From Armatimonadota bacterium (GTDB lineage Bacteria; Armatimonadota; SYMT01): DNA of 64,000 nt. This document shows, piece by piece, positions 35,739 through 45,435 of the stretch. The stretch is taken from positions 32,001-96,000 of the forward strand of contig JBKBRF010000017.1 in the NCBI GenBank assembly GCA_046292385.1, read 5' to 3'. The position numbers and the translations under genes were made by a program. Each line of letters begins with the position of its first letter. The stretch's first letter is position 1. Under the pieces are notes generated by a model. That model made no database searches and was not told where the DNA came from. It worked only from the letters and a program-made list of their open reading frames with translations.

Positions 35739-36305
35739 ATGATGTCGCAACTCCCTCTCTTCAGCACGGAGCCGGCGCTGCCGGACGGCTTCCGATACCG
35801 GCCCGACCTTGTCTCCGCCGAGGAGGAGCGGCTGCTGGTAGAGCACCTGCGGGAGCTCCCGTTCCAGGAGTTCCAGTTCCAGGGCTACGTGGGGAAGCGG
35901 CGGGTGGTCTCCTACGGCTGGCGCTACGACTTCAACCAGCGGGAGCTGCAGCCGGCGGAGCCGCTGCCGCCGTTCCTGCTTTCGGTGCGCGCTGCCGCCG
36001 CGGGCTGGGCGGAGATCGACCCTGCCCGGCTGGAGCACGTGCTGATCACGGAGTACGCGCCCGGAGCCGGCATCGGCTGGCACCGGGACAAGCGGGAATT
36101 CGGAGAGGTGATCGGCGTCTTGCTCCTCTCCCCCGCCCTCTTCCGCCTGCGGCGCCAGACCGGCCACACCTGGGAGCGCGCTTCGCTCCGGCTGGAGCCC
36201 CGCTCCGCCTACCTGCTGCGCGGGCCGGCGCGCACCGAGTGGGAGCACAGCATCCCCGAAGCGGAGACGCTGCGATACTCGCTCACGTTCCGCACACTGC
36301 GGTAA
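35739..36305 (+). CDS. AlkB-like 2OG-Fe(II) dioxygenase
   Basis: LPDGFRY, EYAPGAGIGWHRD, WEHSIP, RYSLTFR. Confidence 0.9.
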   Translation: MMSQLPLFSTEPALPDGFRYRPDLVSAEEERLLVEHLRELPFQEFQFQGYVGKRRVVSYGWRYDFNQRELQPAEPLPPFLLSVRAAAAGWAEIDPARLEHVLITEYAPGAGIGWHRDKREFGEVIGVLLLSPALFRLRRQTGHTWERASLRLEPRSAYLLRGPARTEWEHSIPEAETLRYSLTFRTLR

Positions 36306-36397
36306 CGATCGCGGGAGTCTCGCCACTCGCTGAATCCCGAGGGTGCGGTTATCATGGGGTGGATCGATCTCGCTGCTCCTGTTTCGCTCGCGACCCT

Positions 36398-38035
36398 ATG
36401 ACAGAGCTCCTCGCCACCACCCATTCTCACCCGATCCTCGACGCGCTGCTCCTCGCGCAGGGGGAGGCGCTCGACCGCGCGCTGGAGGCCGCGTCGCCGG
36501 CGGTGGCGGCCCAGGCGGTCCGGGCCGCGCCGTCGCTGGAGCGCAAGACGCAGTTGCTCTGGGCGATGGATGACCGCCAGCGGCGCGAGGTGCTGGAGCT
36601 GGTGCCGGCGGCGCTGGTGGGGGCGCTCGTTCAGAACCTGGAGGAGGACAACCGGTACCTGCTGGGCGACCTCTCCCGGGAGCAGTTTCAGGCCCTCCTC
36701 TCGCTCTGCAGTCCGGAGCGGCAGTACTACTGGCTCGTCACCGCGCTCTCCTTCACGGACGCCCGCGCCAACGCGCTGCCGCTGCTGCTGCCGTCCCGGC
36801 TGGTGGCGGAGATCCTGCTCACGCGTCCGGAGTTCGAAGACCACGTCCGCGCGCTGGGCGACTACCCGCTCGAAGAGCAGCGGATCCCCCCGGAGATGCT
36901 GACCGACCCGGCGCAGGCGCTGGTCGACTTCTTCGGGGCGGACAACCTGCTGCGCCAGTTCCCGATCCGCGACGAGCGGCTGGCAGGGGTGATCGGCAAC
37001 ATCCTCCACTGGGACGCCGACCGGTACGTTGACATCCTCCGCGAGGCGCTGCGGCAGAGCGACTACGCGGAGAACCACCCCCTGGAGTGGGAGACGCTGA
37101 CCGAGGCCCCGGTGCTGCTGGATCGGATCGAGCCGGTCGGCCCCGAAGCGGAGGGGGAGACGGCGTTCTCCGCCCTGGAGGAGATTCCGCTGGAGGACAG
37201 CGCCGTCGCCGTGGAAGGCCCGGCGCTCGATCTGGTGCCGATCGCCGCCGCCCCGCTCGCCCGGCTCACCGGGTCGCTCCCCGCGGTGCAGCAGCGGCGC
37301 GTGCGGGACGAGCTGCAGTACCTCTATATCCGGCAGGCCGTGGCGGAGGGCGGCTCGTTCTTGCGGGAGGACTTGCAGCGGGTCGCGCGGAGTGTGGAGG
37401 CGTACCTGCTGCTGGGACTCGAGGGAGAATCCGGCGGGGAAGAGGCGCGGCAGCCGGAGCTTTTGGCGAAGCGCCCGCTCCACAAGCTGGCAATGAGCGG
37501 CGCGCGGCTGGTGGAGCGCCTGCGGCAGGTGGCGCTGCGCGTGGCGCCGCTGGAGCGGGTGCTCGACGCGGAGCAGCGCGCGGTGATCCGCAGCCTCTCG
37601 CACCCGCGACTGACGGTCGACTCGACCGGCGAGCCCCGCCTGCAGCTGCTGCCGGTCGGGAGCCTGCCGGAGCTGGCCGACCTGGAGACCGCGACGCGAC
37701 TGCTGCACGAGGTCGGCGCCTGGACCGCTTTCGCGCGGGGGCTGGGACTCGACGCCACCGAGCGGGCGCTGAAAGAAGCGGGGTCGCTGACGCGTCTACT
37801 GGAGCAGGTCGCGCTGGCGGGGGTGCTCTACTCCCGGCTGGAGGCGGGGCTGCCGGAGCCGGAGGACCGCGCCCGCTTCGAGCGGACCTACGTGGCCGGC
37901 GGGGGCCGCCGCCTCCCCGCGGCGCGGCTGGGCCTGCGGCGGACCGCCACCGCCTGGGCGCGGAACCGCGGCATCGATCCGGAGCTGGTGACGCCGCTCC
38001 TCGACGCCGCGCTCGACCGCCTCTCGGAATCGTAG
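36398..38035 (+). CDS. Hypothetical alpha-helical protein (possibly DUF6178-like)
   Basis: Long ORF with host codon bias; no clear catalytic motif. Confidence 0.6.
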   Translation: MTELLATTHSHPILDALLLAQGEALDRALEAASPAVAAQAVRAAPSLERKTQLLWAMDDRQRREVLELVPAALVGALVQNLEEDNRYLLGDLSREQFQALLSLCSPERQYYWLVTALSFTDARANALPLLLPSRLVAEILLTRPEFEDHVRALGDYPLEEQRIPPEMLTDPAQALVDFFGADNLLRQFPIRDERLAGVIGNILHWDADRYVDILREALRQSDYAENHPLEWETLTEAPVLLDRIEPVGPEAEGETAFSALEEIPLEDSAVAVEGPALDLVPIAAAPLARLTGSLPAVQQRRVRDELQYLYIRQAVAEGGSFLREDLQRVARSVEAYLLLGLEGESGGEEARQPELLAKRPLHKLAMSGARLVERLRQVALRVAPLERVLDAEQRAVIRSLSHPRLTVDSTGEPRLQLLPVGSLPELADLETATRLLHEVGAWTAFARGLGLDATERALKEAGSLTRLLEQVALAGVLYSRLEAGLPEPEDRARFERTYVAGGGRRLPAARLGLRRTATAWARNRGIDPELVTPLLDAALDRLSES

Positions 38036-38052
38036 CCTCGGGGAAAACCAGC

Positions 38053-39096
38053 GTGTCTCGCCCCACCACCACGTCTCGACTGCTCTCCCGGCGACAGCTC
38101 GGCGCCGCCGCGCTGGCGGCGGCCGGCCTGGCGGGCTGCAGACCCCGCGGAGGTGGGGCGGAGGTGGTGGTCTACACGTCGCTCGACGAGCCGTACGCCC
38201 GTCCGGTGCTGGAGGCGTTCACCCGCGAGACCGGGGTCCGCGCGGTGCCGGTGTTCGACACCGAGGCGACGAAGTCGCGCGGGCTGGCGCAGAAGCTGCT
38301 GGAGGAGCGGGACAACCCGCGCGGGGACGTCTTCTGGAGCTCCGAAGTGCTGCAGATGCTCCGGCTGAAGGAAGCGGGCGTGCTTGCGCCGTACCGCTCC
38401 CCCTCGGCGGAAGAGATTCCGGAGCAGTTCCGGGATCCGGACGGGCACTGGACCGGCTTCGCGGGCCGGTTCCGGGTGCTGGTCTACTACCGGCCGCGCG
38501 TCTCCGAGCCGCCGCAGTCGCTGCTCGACCTGACCGACCCCCGCTGGCGCGGCGAGGTGGCGATGGCGAATCCGGCCTTCGGCACCACCACCACGGAAGC
38601 GGTGGCGCTCTTTCAGATACTGGGCCCGGAGCGTGCGAAGGACTACTTCCGCGCCCGCGCCGCGAACGAGACGCGGATCGTGGACGGCAACAGCGTGGCG
38701 GCGGAGCGCACGGCCCGCGGCGACGTGCTGATCGGCCAGACCGATACGGATGACGCCTACATCCGCATGGACGAGAGTGAGACGCTGGGGCTCGTCTTCC
38801 CGGACCAGAACGGCTTCGGGGCACTGATGATCCCGAACACCGCCGGTCTCATCGCGGGTGCGCCGCACGCGGAGCAGGGGCGGGCGTTCCTCGACTACCT
38901 GCTGCGGCCGGAGACCGAGCTGCTGCTGGCGGGGCTCCCCTCCAGGCAGCTTCCGCTGCACCCGGGCCTGGAGGCGCGCCTTCCCGAGGCGGTGCGCCCG
39001 CTGGCCGACGTGAAGACGATGGACCTGAGCTATCCCCGGCTGCTGGAAGACTTCCAGGCGGCCGACCGGTTCCTCCGCGAGACGTTCGGATCGTGA
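38053..39096 (+). CDS. Fe(III)-type ABC transporter substrate-binding lipoprotein (Tat)
   Basis: SRRQL...LAGC; VVVYTSLD, NPRGDVFWS, AMANPAFGTT, TDTDD. Confidence 0.85.
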   Translation: MSRPTTTSRLLSRRQLGAAALAAAGLAGCRPRGGGAEVVVYTSLDEPYARPVLEAFTRETGVRAVPVFDTEATKSRGLAQKLLEERDNPRGDVFWSSEVLQMLRLKEAGVLAPYRSPSAEEIPEQFRDPDGHWTGFAGRFRVLVYYRPRVSEPPQSLLDLTDPRWRGEVAMANPAFGTTTTEAVALFQILGPERAKDYFRARAANETRIVDGNSVAAERTARGDVLIGQTDTDDAYIRMDESETLGLVFPDQNGFGALMIPNTAGLIAGAPHAEQGRAFLDYLLRPETELLLAGLPSRQLPLHPGLEARLPEAVRPLADVKTMDLSYPRLLEDFQAADRFLRETFGS

Positions 39097-40685
39097 AACA
39101 GTCCGCCCGGTCGCGCCTGCGCCGCGCGCCGCGGCGGAGCTCCCCCCTCGCGCTGCTGGCGGTGGCTGCCGCCCTGGTGGTGGTCGGTCCGCCGCTGCTC
39201 TGGCTCGCGGCGGCCGCGCTGCGCGCTCCCGCGGAGGCGGGGCCTCCGCTGCTCGACCCGCTGGCGCGCGGACTCCTCACCCGCAGTCTTACCGTGGCGG
39301 GGCTCGCCGCCCTGCTCGCGCTGCTCCTGGGCGCCCCGCTCGGCTGGGCGCTGGCTCGCCTGCGCCTGCCGGGGCGGCGCCTGCTGACCGTCGGGTGCCT
39401 GGCGCCGCTGCTCCTGCCGCCCTACGCCGCCGCGCACGCCTGGAGCCAGCTCCTGGCGCGGGAGGGGCCGGTGAACCGGGCGCTGCTGGGCGGGGGCTGG
39501 ATCGAGACGCCGATCGCGCCCGACCGGCACGCGTGGGTCGCCGCCGCCGTCCTCGCCTTCACGTACTGGCCGATCGCGGCGTGGCTGGTGCGGTTCGCCG
39601 CCCGCGCCGTGCCGCGGAACCTGGAGGATGCCGCCCGCATGGAGCTGCCGACGGAGCGGGCGCTCCTCCTCGCGGGGTGGCCCGCCGTGAGCCGCGCCGT
39701 CGGCACCGCCGCGCTGCTGCTCTTCCTGCTCTCCCTGGCCGACTTCGGCGTCACCAACTCCCTGGGACTGCCGACCTACCCCGTGGAGATCGTCCGCACG
39801 TTCCAGTCCCAGCCGGTCGGGGTGGTGATGCGCCTGGCCCTCCCGCTGCTCGTCCTGGTCGTCCCGCTCGTGGCGCTGCAGAGCCGCCTGCTCGAGGGAA
39901 CGCCGCTGGCACCCGCGGGCGAATCCGGAGAGCCGCTGCGGGCGAGCCTCCTCGTGCGCGCAGGGCTGGCTGGCTGGGGGGCGGCGGCGATCGGGCTCTC
40001 CGTGCTGGTGCCGCTGGGGGTGCTGGCGGCCGAGTCGCTGCCGCTTCACACCTACGTCGAAGTGTGGGGCGAGAGCGCGGACCACTTCGTCAACACGCTC
40101 CTCTCCGCCGGAGGCGGGGCGCTGCTGGCCGGAGCCCTGGCCGTCGGCTACGTCTGGGCGGTGCGCGGCCGGCGGGTGCGGGGGCTCGATCTGCTCCTGA
40201 CGCTGCCCTACGCGCTGCCCGGATCGCTGGTCGGCATCGCGCTGATCCAGCTCCTCAACCGCCCCGGCCCGGCCGAGCTGCTCTATTCCTCCCTCGGCGG
40301 CCTGGTGTGGCTCTACGCCATCCTCTTCCTGCCGTTCCCGTACAAGACGGTTCAGCTCGCCTGGGGGCACGTGGACCGGGAGCTGCTGGAGGACGCTCTT
40401 CTCCAGGGGGCGAGCCCGTGGCAGCAGTTCCGGGCCGCGGCTTGGCCGGCGCTGCGCCCGTTCGCGACCGCGGGCGGGGTGATCGCCGCCCTGCTCTCCG
40501 CCCGCGAGATCGACGGCACGGCGCTCCTGCGGATCCCCGGCGGCGACACCATCGCCTTCCGGATCTACGACTACCTCCACTTCGCACCCGGTCCTAAGCT
40601 CGGGGCGCTCTGCGTGCTCCTGGTGCTCCTGAGCGGCGCGGTAGCCGGCCTGGCGCTGCGCTGGGGTGGCCGCGCGAGCGAGTAG
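39093..40685 (+). CDS. Fe(III)-type ABC transporter permease with two ABC-TM domains
   Basis: PLLLPPY, LEDAAR, LADFG, LPYALPG, LLEDALLQGAS. Confidence 0.88.
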   Translation: MKQSARSRLRRAPRRSSPLALLAVAAALVVVGPPLLWLAAAALRAPAEAGPPLLDPLARGLLTRSLTVAGLAALLALLLGAPLGWALARLRLPGRRLLTVGCLAPLLLPPYAAAHAWSQLLAREGPVNRALLGGGWIETPIAPDRHAWVAAAVLAFTYWPIAAWLVRFAARAVPRNLEDAARMELPTERALLLAGWPAVSRAVGTAALLLFLLSLADFGVTNSLGLPTYPVEIVRTFQSQPVGVVMRLALPLLVLVVPLVALQSRLLEGTPLAPAGESGEPLRASLLVRAGLAGWGAAAIGLSVLVPLGVLAAESLPLHTYVEVWGESADHFVNTLLSAGGGALLAGALAVGYVWAVRGRRVRGLDLLLTLPYALPGSLVGIALIQLLNRPGPAELLYSSLGGLVWLYAILFLPFPYKTVQLAWGHVDRELLEDALLQGASPWQQFRAAAWPALRPFATAGGVIAALLSAREIDGTALLRIPGGDTIAFRIYDYLHFAPGPKLGALCVLLVLLSGAVAGLALRWGGRASE

Positions 40686-40775
40686 CCGCTGCGGGGACGA
40701 CCCCTGGACTGCGCGACGTACCGCGAAAAAGAAGTGACCAAACCCGCTGGTTTCTGCGTCTACCTGGTTAAGGGG

Positions 40776-40804
40776 TTGTGAAAACGTTGCGCGTCGTCTA
40801 TACT
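40776..40804 (+). promoter_or_regulatory. Sigma70-type promoter
   Basis: TTGTGA (40776-40781), 17 bp, TATACT (40799-40804). Confidence 0.6.
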
Positions 40805-40822
40805 CTGGTAGGAGTTGATGAC

Positions 40823-40906
40823 ATGGAAGCCGGCTCGATGCTAATTGCCCTCGTGGGGGCAGGGTTCATGACCTTCGTGGGGTATTACATCGCCCGCGGC
40901 GATTAA
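40823..40906 (+). CDS. Unannotated 27-aa hydrophobic small protein
   Basis: AGGAG RBS 8 nt upstream; MEAGSMLIALVGAGFMTFVGYYIARGD. Confidence 0.6.
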   Translation: MEAGSMLIALVGAGFMTFVGYYIARGD

Positions 40907-40996
40907 GGCGCCGGCTGCCCTGGCGGCCTGCCGATAGATTTTGCGCGCCACGCCCTTTGGGGTGTGGCGTTGCTGCGTACCGGCCCCCTTTCCCGC

Positions 40997-41500
40997 TCAC
41001 CGGCCGCGGCTGGGCCACGGGAGCGGACCTCCGGTTTCCACCCAGGTCTTCAGCGACGACAGGATCACGTCCCACGAGGCTTCCAGGGCGTTGTAGGCGC
41101 TGCTGGCCGGGTGGAAGCGGGAGTGGGTCAGCTCCAGGCAGCACATCCGGTCGCCGCAGCGGACCAGCTCCAGCTCCACCCGGCTGGGCGGGTCCGGCTC
41201 CAGGAGCGCGTTCTCCGCCGCGGCGTACGCGAAGCTGTGCACCAGCCGCCGCCCCGGCACCAGCTCCTGAACCGTCCCCTCGACGACCGGCGTACCGCCC
41301 AGCTTGCTGACGTACTGCACCGGGTCTCCTACCGCCTGGAGCGGCAGGAGCAGCGGCGCCAGATGATAGCGCTCCGTCAACTCCGGCTCCACCAGCCAGG
41401 GCCAGAGCTCCTCCGCCGGCACCCCCACGTAGAGCCGGCGGCGAACCGATCCGGTGAGGGTGACCGACTGGGGCTTCTGCTGCTCGTCGTGCTGCGTCAT
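40997..41500 (-). CDS. SRPBCC (AHSA1/START-like) domain protein
   Basis: EELWPWLVEPE, GTVQELVPGRRLVHSF, SRVELEL, WDVILSSLKTWVETG. Confidence 0.85.
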   Translation of the reverse strand: MTQHDEQQKPQSVTLTGSVRRRLYVGVPAEELWPWLVEPELTERYHLAPLLLPLQAVGDPVQYVSKLGGTPVVEGTVQELVPGRRLVHSFAYAAAENALLEPDPPSRVELELVRCGDRMCCLELTHSRFHPASSAYNALEASWDVILSSLKTWVETGGPLPWPSRGR

Positions 41501-41829
41501 GCTTCTGGCTCCCATTCTCCCGCGGGAGAGGCGAATTCGGTATTCCGTATCGCGCAGCGGAGCGCCTCCCCGCCCGGCACGACGTGACGAAAGCCGGCAG
41601 CCGCACTGCGCTACGCAATACGAGATACTCGCTGCGTCGATCTCCTCAAACAATCCGTCACATGCCGTTTAGAGTTTGCCCTCCCGCGGTAAATCGGCGG
41701 CGGAGTAAGCCGCAAGATCGTCGCAGACGGTTGTTCTCCACGGCTCGAGCTGAGAGGGGCTCCTCCCTGGAGCAGCGAGCCGGCGGACGGCGCTCCCCCA
41801 ACCGTGTGATCCATCCGGAGGTAGATCAG

Positions 41830-42798
41830 ATGAAGTTCCACGCTTTCACGCTGGCATTCGCCGGCGTTCTGGTGGCCGGCGCCGCGTCTGCGGGCGAGCG
41901 GGTCCAGTCCGAAGTCCAGGCCGATCGCGTGACGGTCGAGCGCAGCATGGACCGGGACGGCACCAGCCGGTACAGCTACTACGAGCGGACCTTCTTCGTC
42001 GAGCCGCTCTACACCGATCTCCCCAGCGTTGAGGAAGTGGCGCGCAAGGTCTCGGACATCGTGGCGAAGCAGCGCACCGAGATCGCGATGCTGAGCTCCG
42101 TGCAGCCCGCCGCGCGCACCGCCGGCTTCAATAACGTGGCGACGGTCTACGACTACATGATCCAGGACCACGACCGCCTGGCCGACTTCGGCAGCGAGTG
42201 GCTCAGCGAGCGCGGCTTCTCCGTGCCGGCGACCACCGCAGAGCCGGCCGCGTTCGAAGGCTCGCCGGAGGCGAGCGTGGAGGAGCAGATCCAGATGCAC
42301 CAGCGCGCCTTTAACGAGGCGCTGGAGATGCGCCGCAACGAGCGGAGCTCCACCGTGCGCGGCATGCTCCTCTGGGCGGCGGCGGGCGCGATGCAGCACA
42401 TCAGCCTGCTGCAGACGCTGGACCGTGACATCGAGATGGGCCGCCGGTCGATCTCGGCTCGCCTGAACTCGATGATGGACGGCAACTTCGTGGCGAGCAA
42501 CACCAACTGGCTCGACCAGATCATCGCCGAGGACCGCGCCTACTTCGAATCGATCCAGCGGACCACGGTCACCACGACGACCACCCCGCCGACCACGGCT
42601 GCCGAAACCACGGTGCCGCAGATCGTGCAGGTGATCGAGGTGGAGCGGCCGGTGGAGCGGATCGTAGAGAAGCCGGTCATCGTAGAGCGCGTCGTGGAGC
42701 GCGTCGTGGAGCGTCCGGTCTACGTGGAGCGGCCGGTCGTCCGCAGCCGCGTGGCCGGCCAGCGCCAGACCACCCCGCGCCGCCGCCCCGCCAAGTAA
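41830..42798 (+). CDS. Secreted hypothetical protein, possible ferritin-like helical core, with ERPV/ERVV repeat tail
   Basis: GGAGG RBS, signal peptide; E..MIQDH...MH...QH pattern; VERPVERIVEKPVIVERVVERVVERP. Confidence 0.7.
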   Translation: MKFHAFTLAFAGVLVAGAASAGERVQSEVQADRVTVERSMDRDGTSRYSYYERTFFVEPLYTDLPSVEEVARKVSDIVAKQRTEIAMLSSVQPAARTAGFNNVATVYDYMIQDHDRLADFGSEWLSERGFSVPATTAEPAAFEGSPEASVEEQIQMHQRAFNEALEMRRNERSSTVRGMLLWAAAGAMQHISLLQTLDRDIEMGRRSISARLNSMMDGNFVASNTNWLDQIIAEDRAYFESIQRTTVTTTTTPPTTAAETTVPQIVQVIEVERPVERIVEKPVIVERVVERVVERPVYVERPVVRSRVAGQRQTTPRRRPAK

Positions 42799-42899
42799 GC
42801 GAGTCGGGCGGTACCCGCACGGGGATCCGTGCCGCGACGGGGAGTGGAGCAGCCCTCCACTCCCCGTTCGCGCGTCTATACCGGGCAGGTGCGAGCGCC

Positions 42900-43757
42900 C
42901 TACGCGCGGCCGCCGGGGCGGCCCGGACCACCGCCGGGGCGACCACCGGGGCGATTACCGGGACCCCCGAAGCCGCCGAAGCTCGGCTGCGGCAGGGTGA
43001 TCTTCTTGCCCTGCATCTGCTGGAACTGCTTCTTCTGCGCCGCGGTGAGCACGCCGTTCAGCTTGGCGTCGGTGCTCTGGCGAAGCTGCTGCATCTTCTG
43101 GAACGCCTGCGGGTTGGGGCCGCCGCCCGGGCCGCCGGGACCGCCGCCGCTGCCGCCGCTGAACGCCGCGCGCATCCCGTCGCGCTCCGCCTGCAGCGCC
43201 GCGTCGACCTGCTTCTTCTGGGCCGCGGTCAGCTTCAGCGCGCTCGCCACCTCGGCGCGGTTGAGGGCGCGCGCGCCGGCCTGCTGCAGCTCGATCTGCT
43301 TCAGGCGCTTCATCTGCTGCGCGTTGAGGATGGCGGAGAGCTCCTTCTCCTGCTCCTTGCGCATCTGCGCCATCCGCTGCTCCCGCTGGGCCGGCGTCAT
43401 GTTGCGGAAGCCGCCACCCCCGCCGGGACCGCCTCCCGGGCCACCCGGGCGCCCACCGCCGGGACCGCCGGGACCACCGGGTCCACCGGGCCGGCCGCCG
43501 GGGCCGCGCAGCGCCTGGATCTTGGAGATCTGCGCCTGGCTGAGCTTCAGCTCTTTCTGCACCTCCGGGGTCTGGGCCAGCTGGCGCAGCCCGCCGAAGC
43601 CGAAGCCCCGGAAGCCCCCTCCGCCTGGACGTCCGCCGGGACCGCCGGGACCGCCGGGACCGCGGCCGGGGCCGCCGGGACGCTGCGCGAGCGCAGCGGT
43701 AGAAGTAGTGGCCAGCAGCGCGGCCACACTAACGACGAGCAGCTTTCGACACTTCAT
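42900..43757 (-). CDS. Gly/Pro-rich periplasmic protein with LTxxQ (Spy/CpxP-like) motifs
   Basis: Signal peptide; VQKELKLSQAQ, LNAQQMKRLKQIELQ, LTAAQK; GGPGG repeats. Confidence 0.8.
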   Translation of the reverse strand: MKCRKLLVVSVAALLATTSTAALAQRPGGPGRGPGGPGGPGGRPGGGGFRGFGFGGLRQLAQTPEVQKELKLSQAQISKIQALRGPGGRPGGPGGPGGPGGGRPGGPGGGPGGGGGFRNMTPAQREQRMAQMRKEQEKELSAILNAQQMKRLKQIELQQAGARALNRAEVASALKLTAAQKKQVDAALQAERDGMRAAFSGGSGGGPGGPGGGPNPQAFQKMQQLRQSTDAKLNGVLTAAQKKQFQQMQGKKITLPQPSFGGFGGPGNRPGGRPGGGPGRPGGRA

Positions 43758-43977
43758 GGGATCTCTCCGGAACGGTCGCGTTCGACCGGGCACCATTGCC
43801 CGGTCCTGGAACGAGGACGATGGCTCCGCTGGCGGGGTGCCTGCGGAGCGTGGAGCCGGGCCAGCGAAAGAAAAGCGCTGCGTGCCGGCACGTGCTCGTG
43901 GAGCAGGCCGGCACTAGTTAGAACGGTCTCTCCCCAGACAGAGTTCGGAAGTCGGGGGGCGCAACACCTCCGCAGTA

Positions 43978-45309
43978 TTACCGTCCGCGGCCGGCGCCTG
44001 TGCCGCCGGCTCCGGTGCGGCCGGTGCCGATGCGCGCAGCGTTCCCGCCGGACCTGCCGGTGTTCCCCTGCGCTTCGCCGAAGGCCGGCGCGCCGGAGTT
44101 GCCCGAGTTACCCGTCCGCCGCATCGTCTGCGGGTTGCTGATCGGCTGCGGTGCGGTGCTCGCGTCGGAGGCGCCGGGGGCCCGGGCGCCGGTGCGCCGC
44201 GCCGTCTGCGGGTTGGAGCTGGCCACGGGCGAGCCGCTGGACGAGAAGGCGCTGGTGCTGCCGCCGGAGCTCGCGCTGCGGCCGCCGCCGAATCCTCCGC
44301 CGCCCTGGCTGCGCCCGCCCATCGCGGCGCCGCCCCGGTTGGCCGAGGCCGCGAAGCCGCCGCCCCCGTTTCCGAACGCTCCGCCTCCGCCCGCGCTGCC
44401 GGCGGAGCTGCGGTTCCGGCCACCGCTGCTGCGAGAGGCGCGGTTCCCCGCGCTACTGCGGGGGGTGCTTGCCGAGCGCCGCGAGGCGCCGCCGTTTCCA
44501 CCGGAGCCCGAGAAGCCGGCGCGACCCCCGAAGCCGCCCGCGCCGCCGCGCGTGCCGCGGCCGCCGAAGCCGCCGCCGGGCCGCTGCGCCATCCGTGCAT
44601 CGTCCGCTCCGCCCGGGCCGCCGAATGGCGCGAAGGCTCCGGCGCCATCCCCCGAGCCGCCGCTTGCCGAGACCCCGCCGCCTGCACCCCCCGCGCTGGC
44701 CGAAGCGAGGAGGAGCGGCTGTTCGCCGACGCGCAGCACGAACTCCTCGCCGCCGCGGGAGAGGGTCGCCGTCTCGTCATCTACCTCGACCAGCGTCACC
44801 CCGAAGGCGCGCTCGCCCACGTGGATCGATTCCCGCCGCCGGCTGGGAACGTCCACCAGCATCACCTGGTCGCCGCTGTTGGAGCGCATCACGCCGGCCA
44901 GCGCGACGTTCTGGCGGGTATCCGGCGGGGTCGGGGCAGGCCGGGAGGCGGGCGAGGGCAGTGCCGGGACCGCGGCGAGCGCCGGTCTCTCCGCCTGCGC
45001 CGGAGCTGCGGGCCGGGGAGCCGCCGGCTGCGCCGGAGGCGGCGCGGGCGCGGCCGGGCGCGTTTTTGCCGGGACCGGCGGCGCGGCATCGAACGGCACG
45101 TAGCCGCTCGCCCTCGGCGTCTCCCACGAGAAGGCGTCGCCGGACGGGGCGGGCCGGCTCTGCAGCCGCTCTGCGAGCGCTCGCAGCGACTGGACGTCGC
45201 CGCCCGCCGTCTCCGGGGCCGAGCCGGCAATCATCATGGCCCAGCCGCCTCCGGCGACCAGAACCACCGCGGCGGCGGCCAGAACCAGCGTGGACGAGCG
45301 GTGCCGCAT
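43978..45309 (-). CDS. Membrane-anchored protein with a GspC/PilP-like beta domain and a long Gly/Ser-rich tail
   Basis: N-terminal TM, Pro/Ala linker, ALAGVM...VGERAFGVTLVEVDDETATLSRGGEEFVL. Confidence 0.6.
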   Translation of the reverse strand: MRHRSSTLVLAAAAVVLVAGGGWAMMIAGSAPETAGGDVQSLRALAERLQSRPAPSGDAFSWETPRASGYVPFDAAPPVPAKTRPAAPAPPPAQPAAPRPAAPAQAERPALAAVPALPSPASRPAPTPPDTRQNVALAGVMRSNSGDQVMLVDVPSRRRESIHVGERAFGVTLVEVDDETATLSRGGEEFVLRVGEQPLLLASASAGGAGGGVSASGGSGDGAGAFAPFGGPGGADDARMAQRPGGGFGGRGTRGGAGGFGGRAGFSGSGGNGGASRRSASTPRSSAGNRASRSSGGRNRSSAGSAGGGGAFGNGGGGFAASANRGGAAMGGRSQGGGGFGGGRSASSGGSTSAFSSSGSPVASSNPQTARRTGARAPGASDASTAPQPISNPQTMRRTGNSGNSGAPAFGEAQGNTGRSGGNAARIGTGRTGAGGTGAGRGR

Positions 45310-45435
45310 CTCTACCTCCGTACTTCAGAACTGCGATACAGCCCCTCAGACGAGCAGGAGGTGAAGATTTTGTAAACGTTCCAACCGGGATTGCGGCGAG
45401 ATTGTTGACCCGCTCGGATCCCTTCTGCCTGGAGC

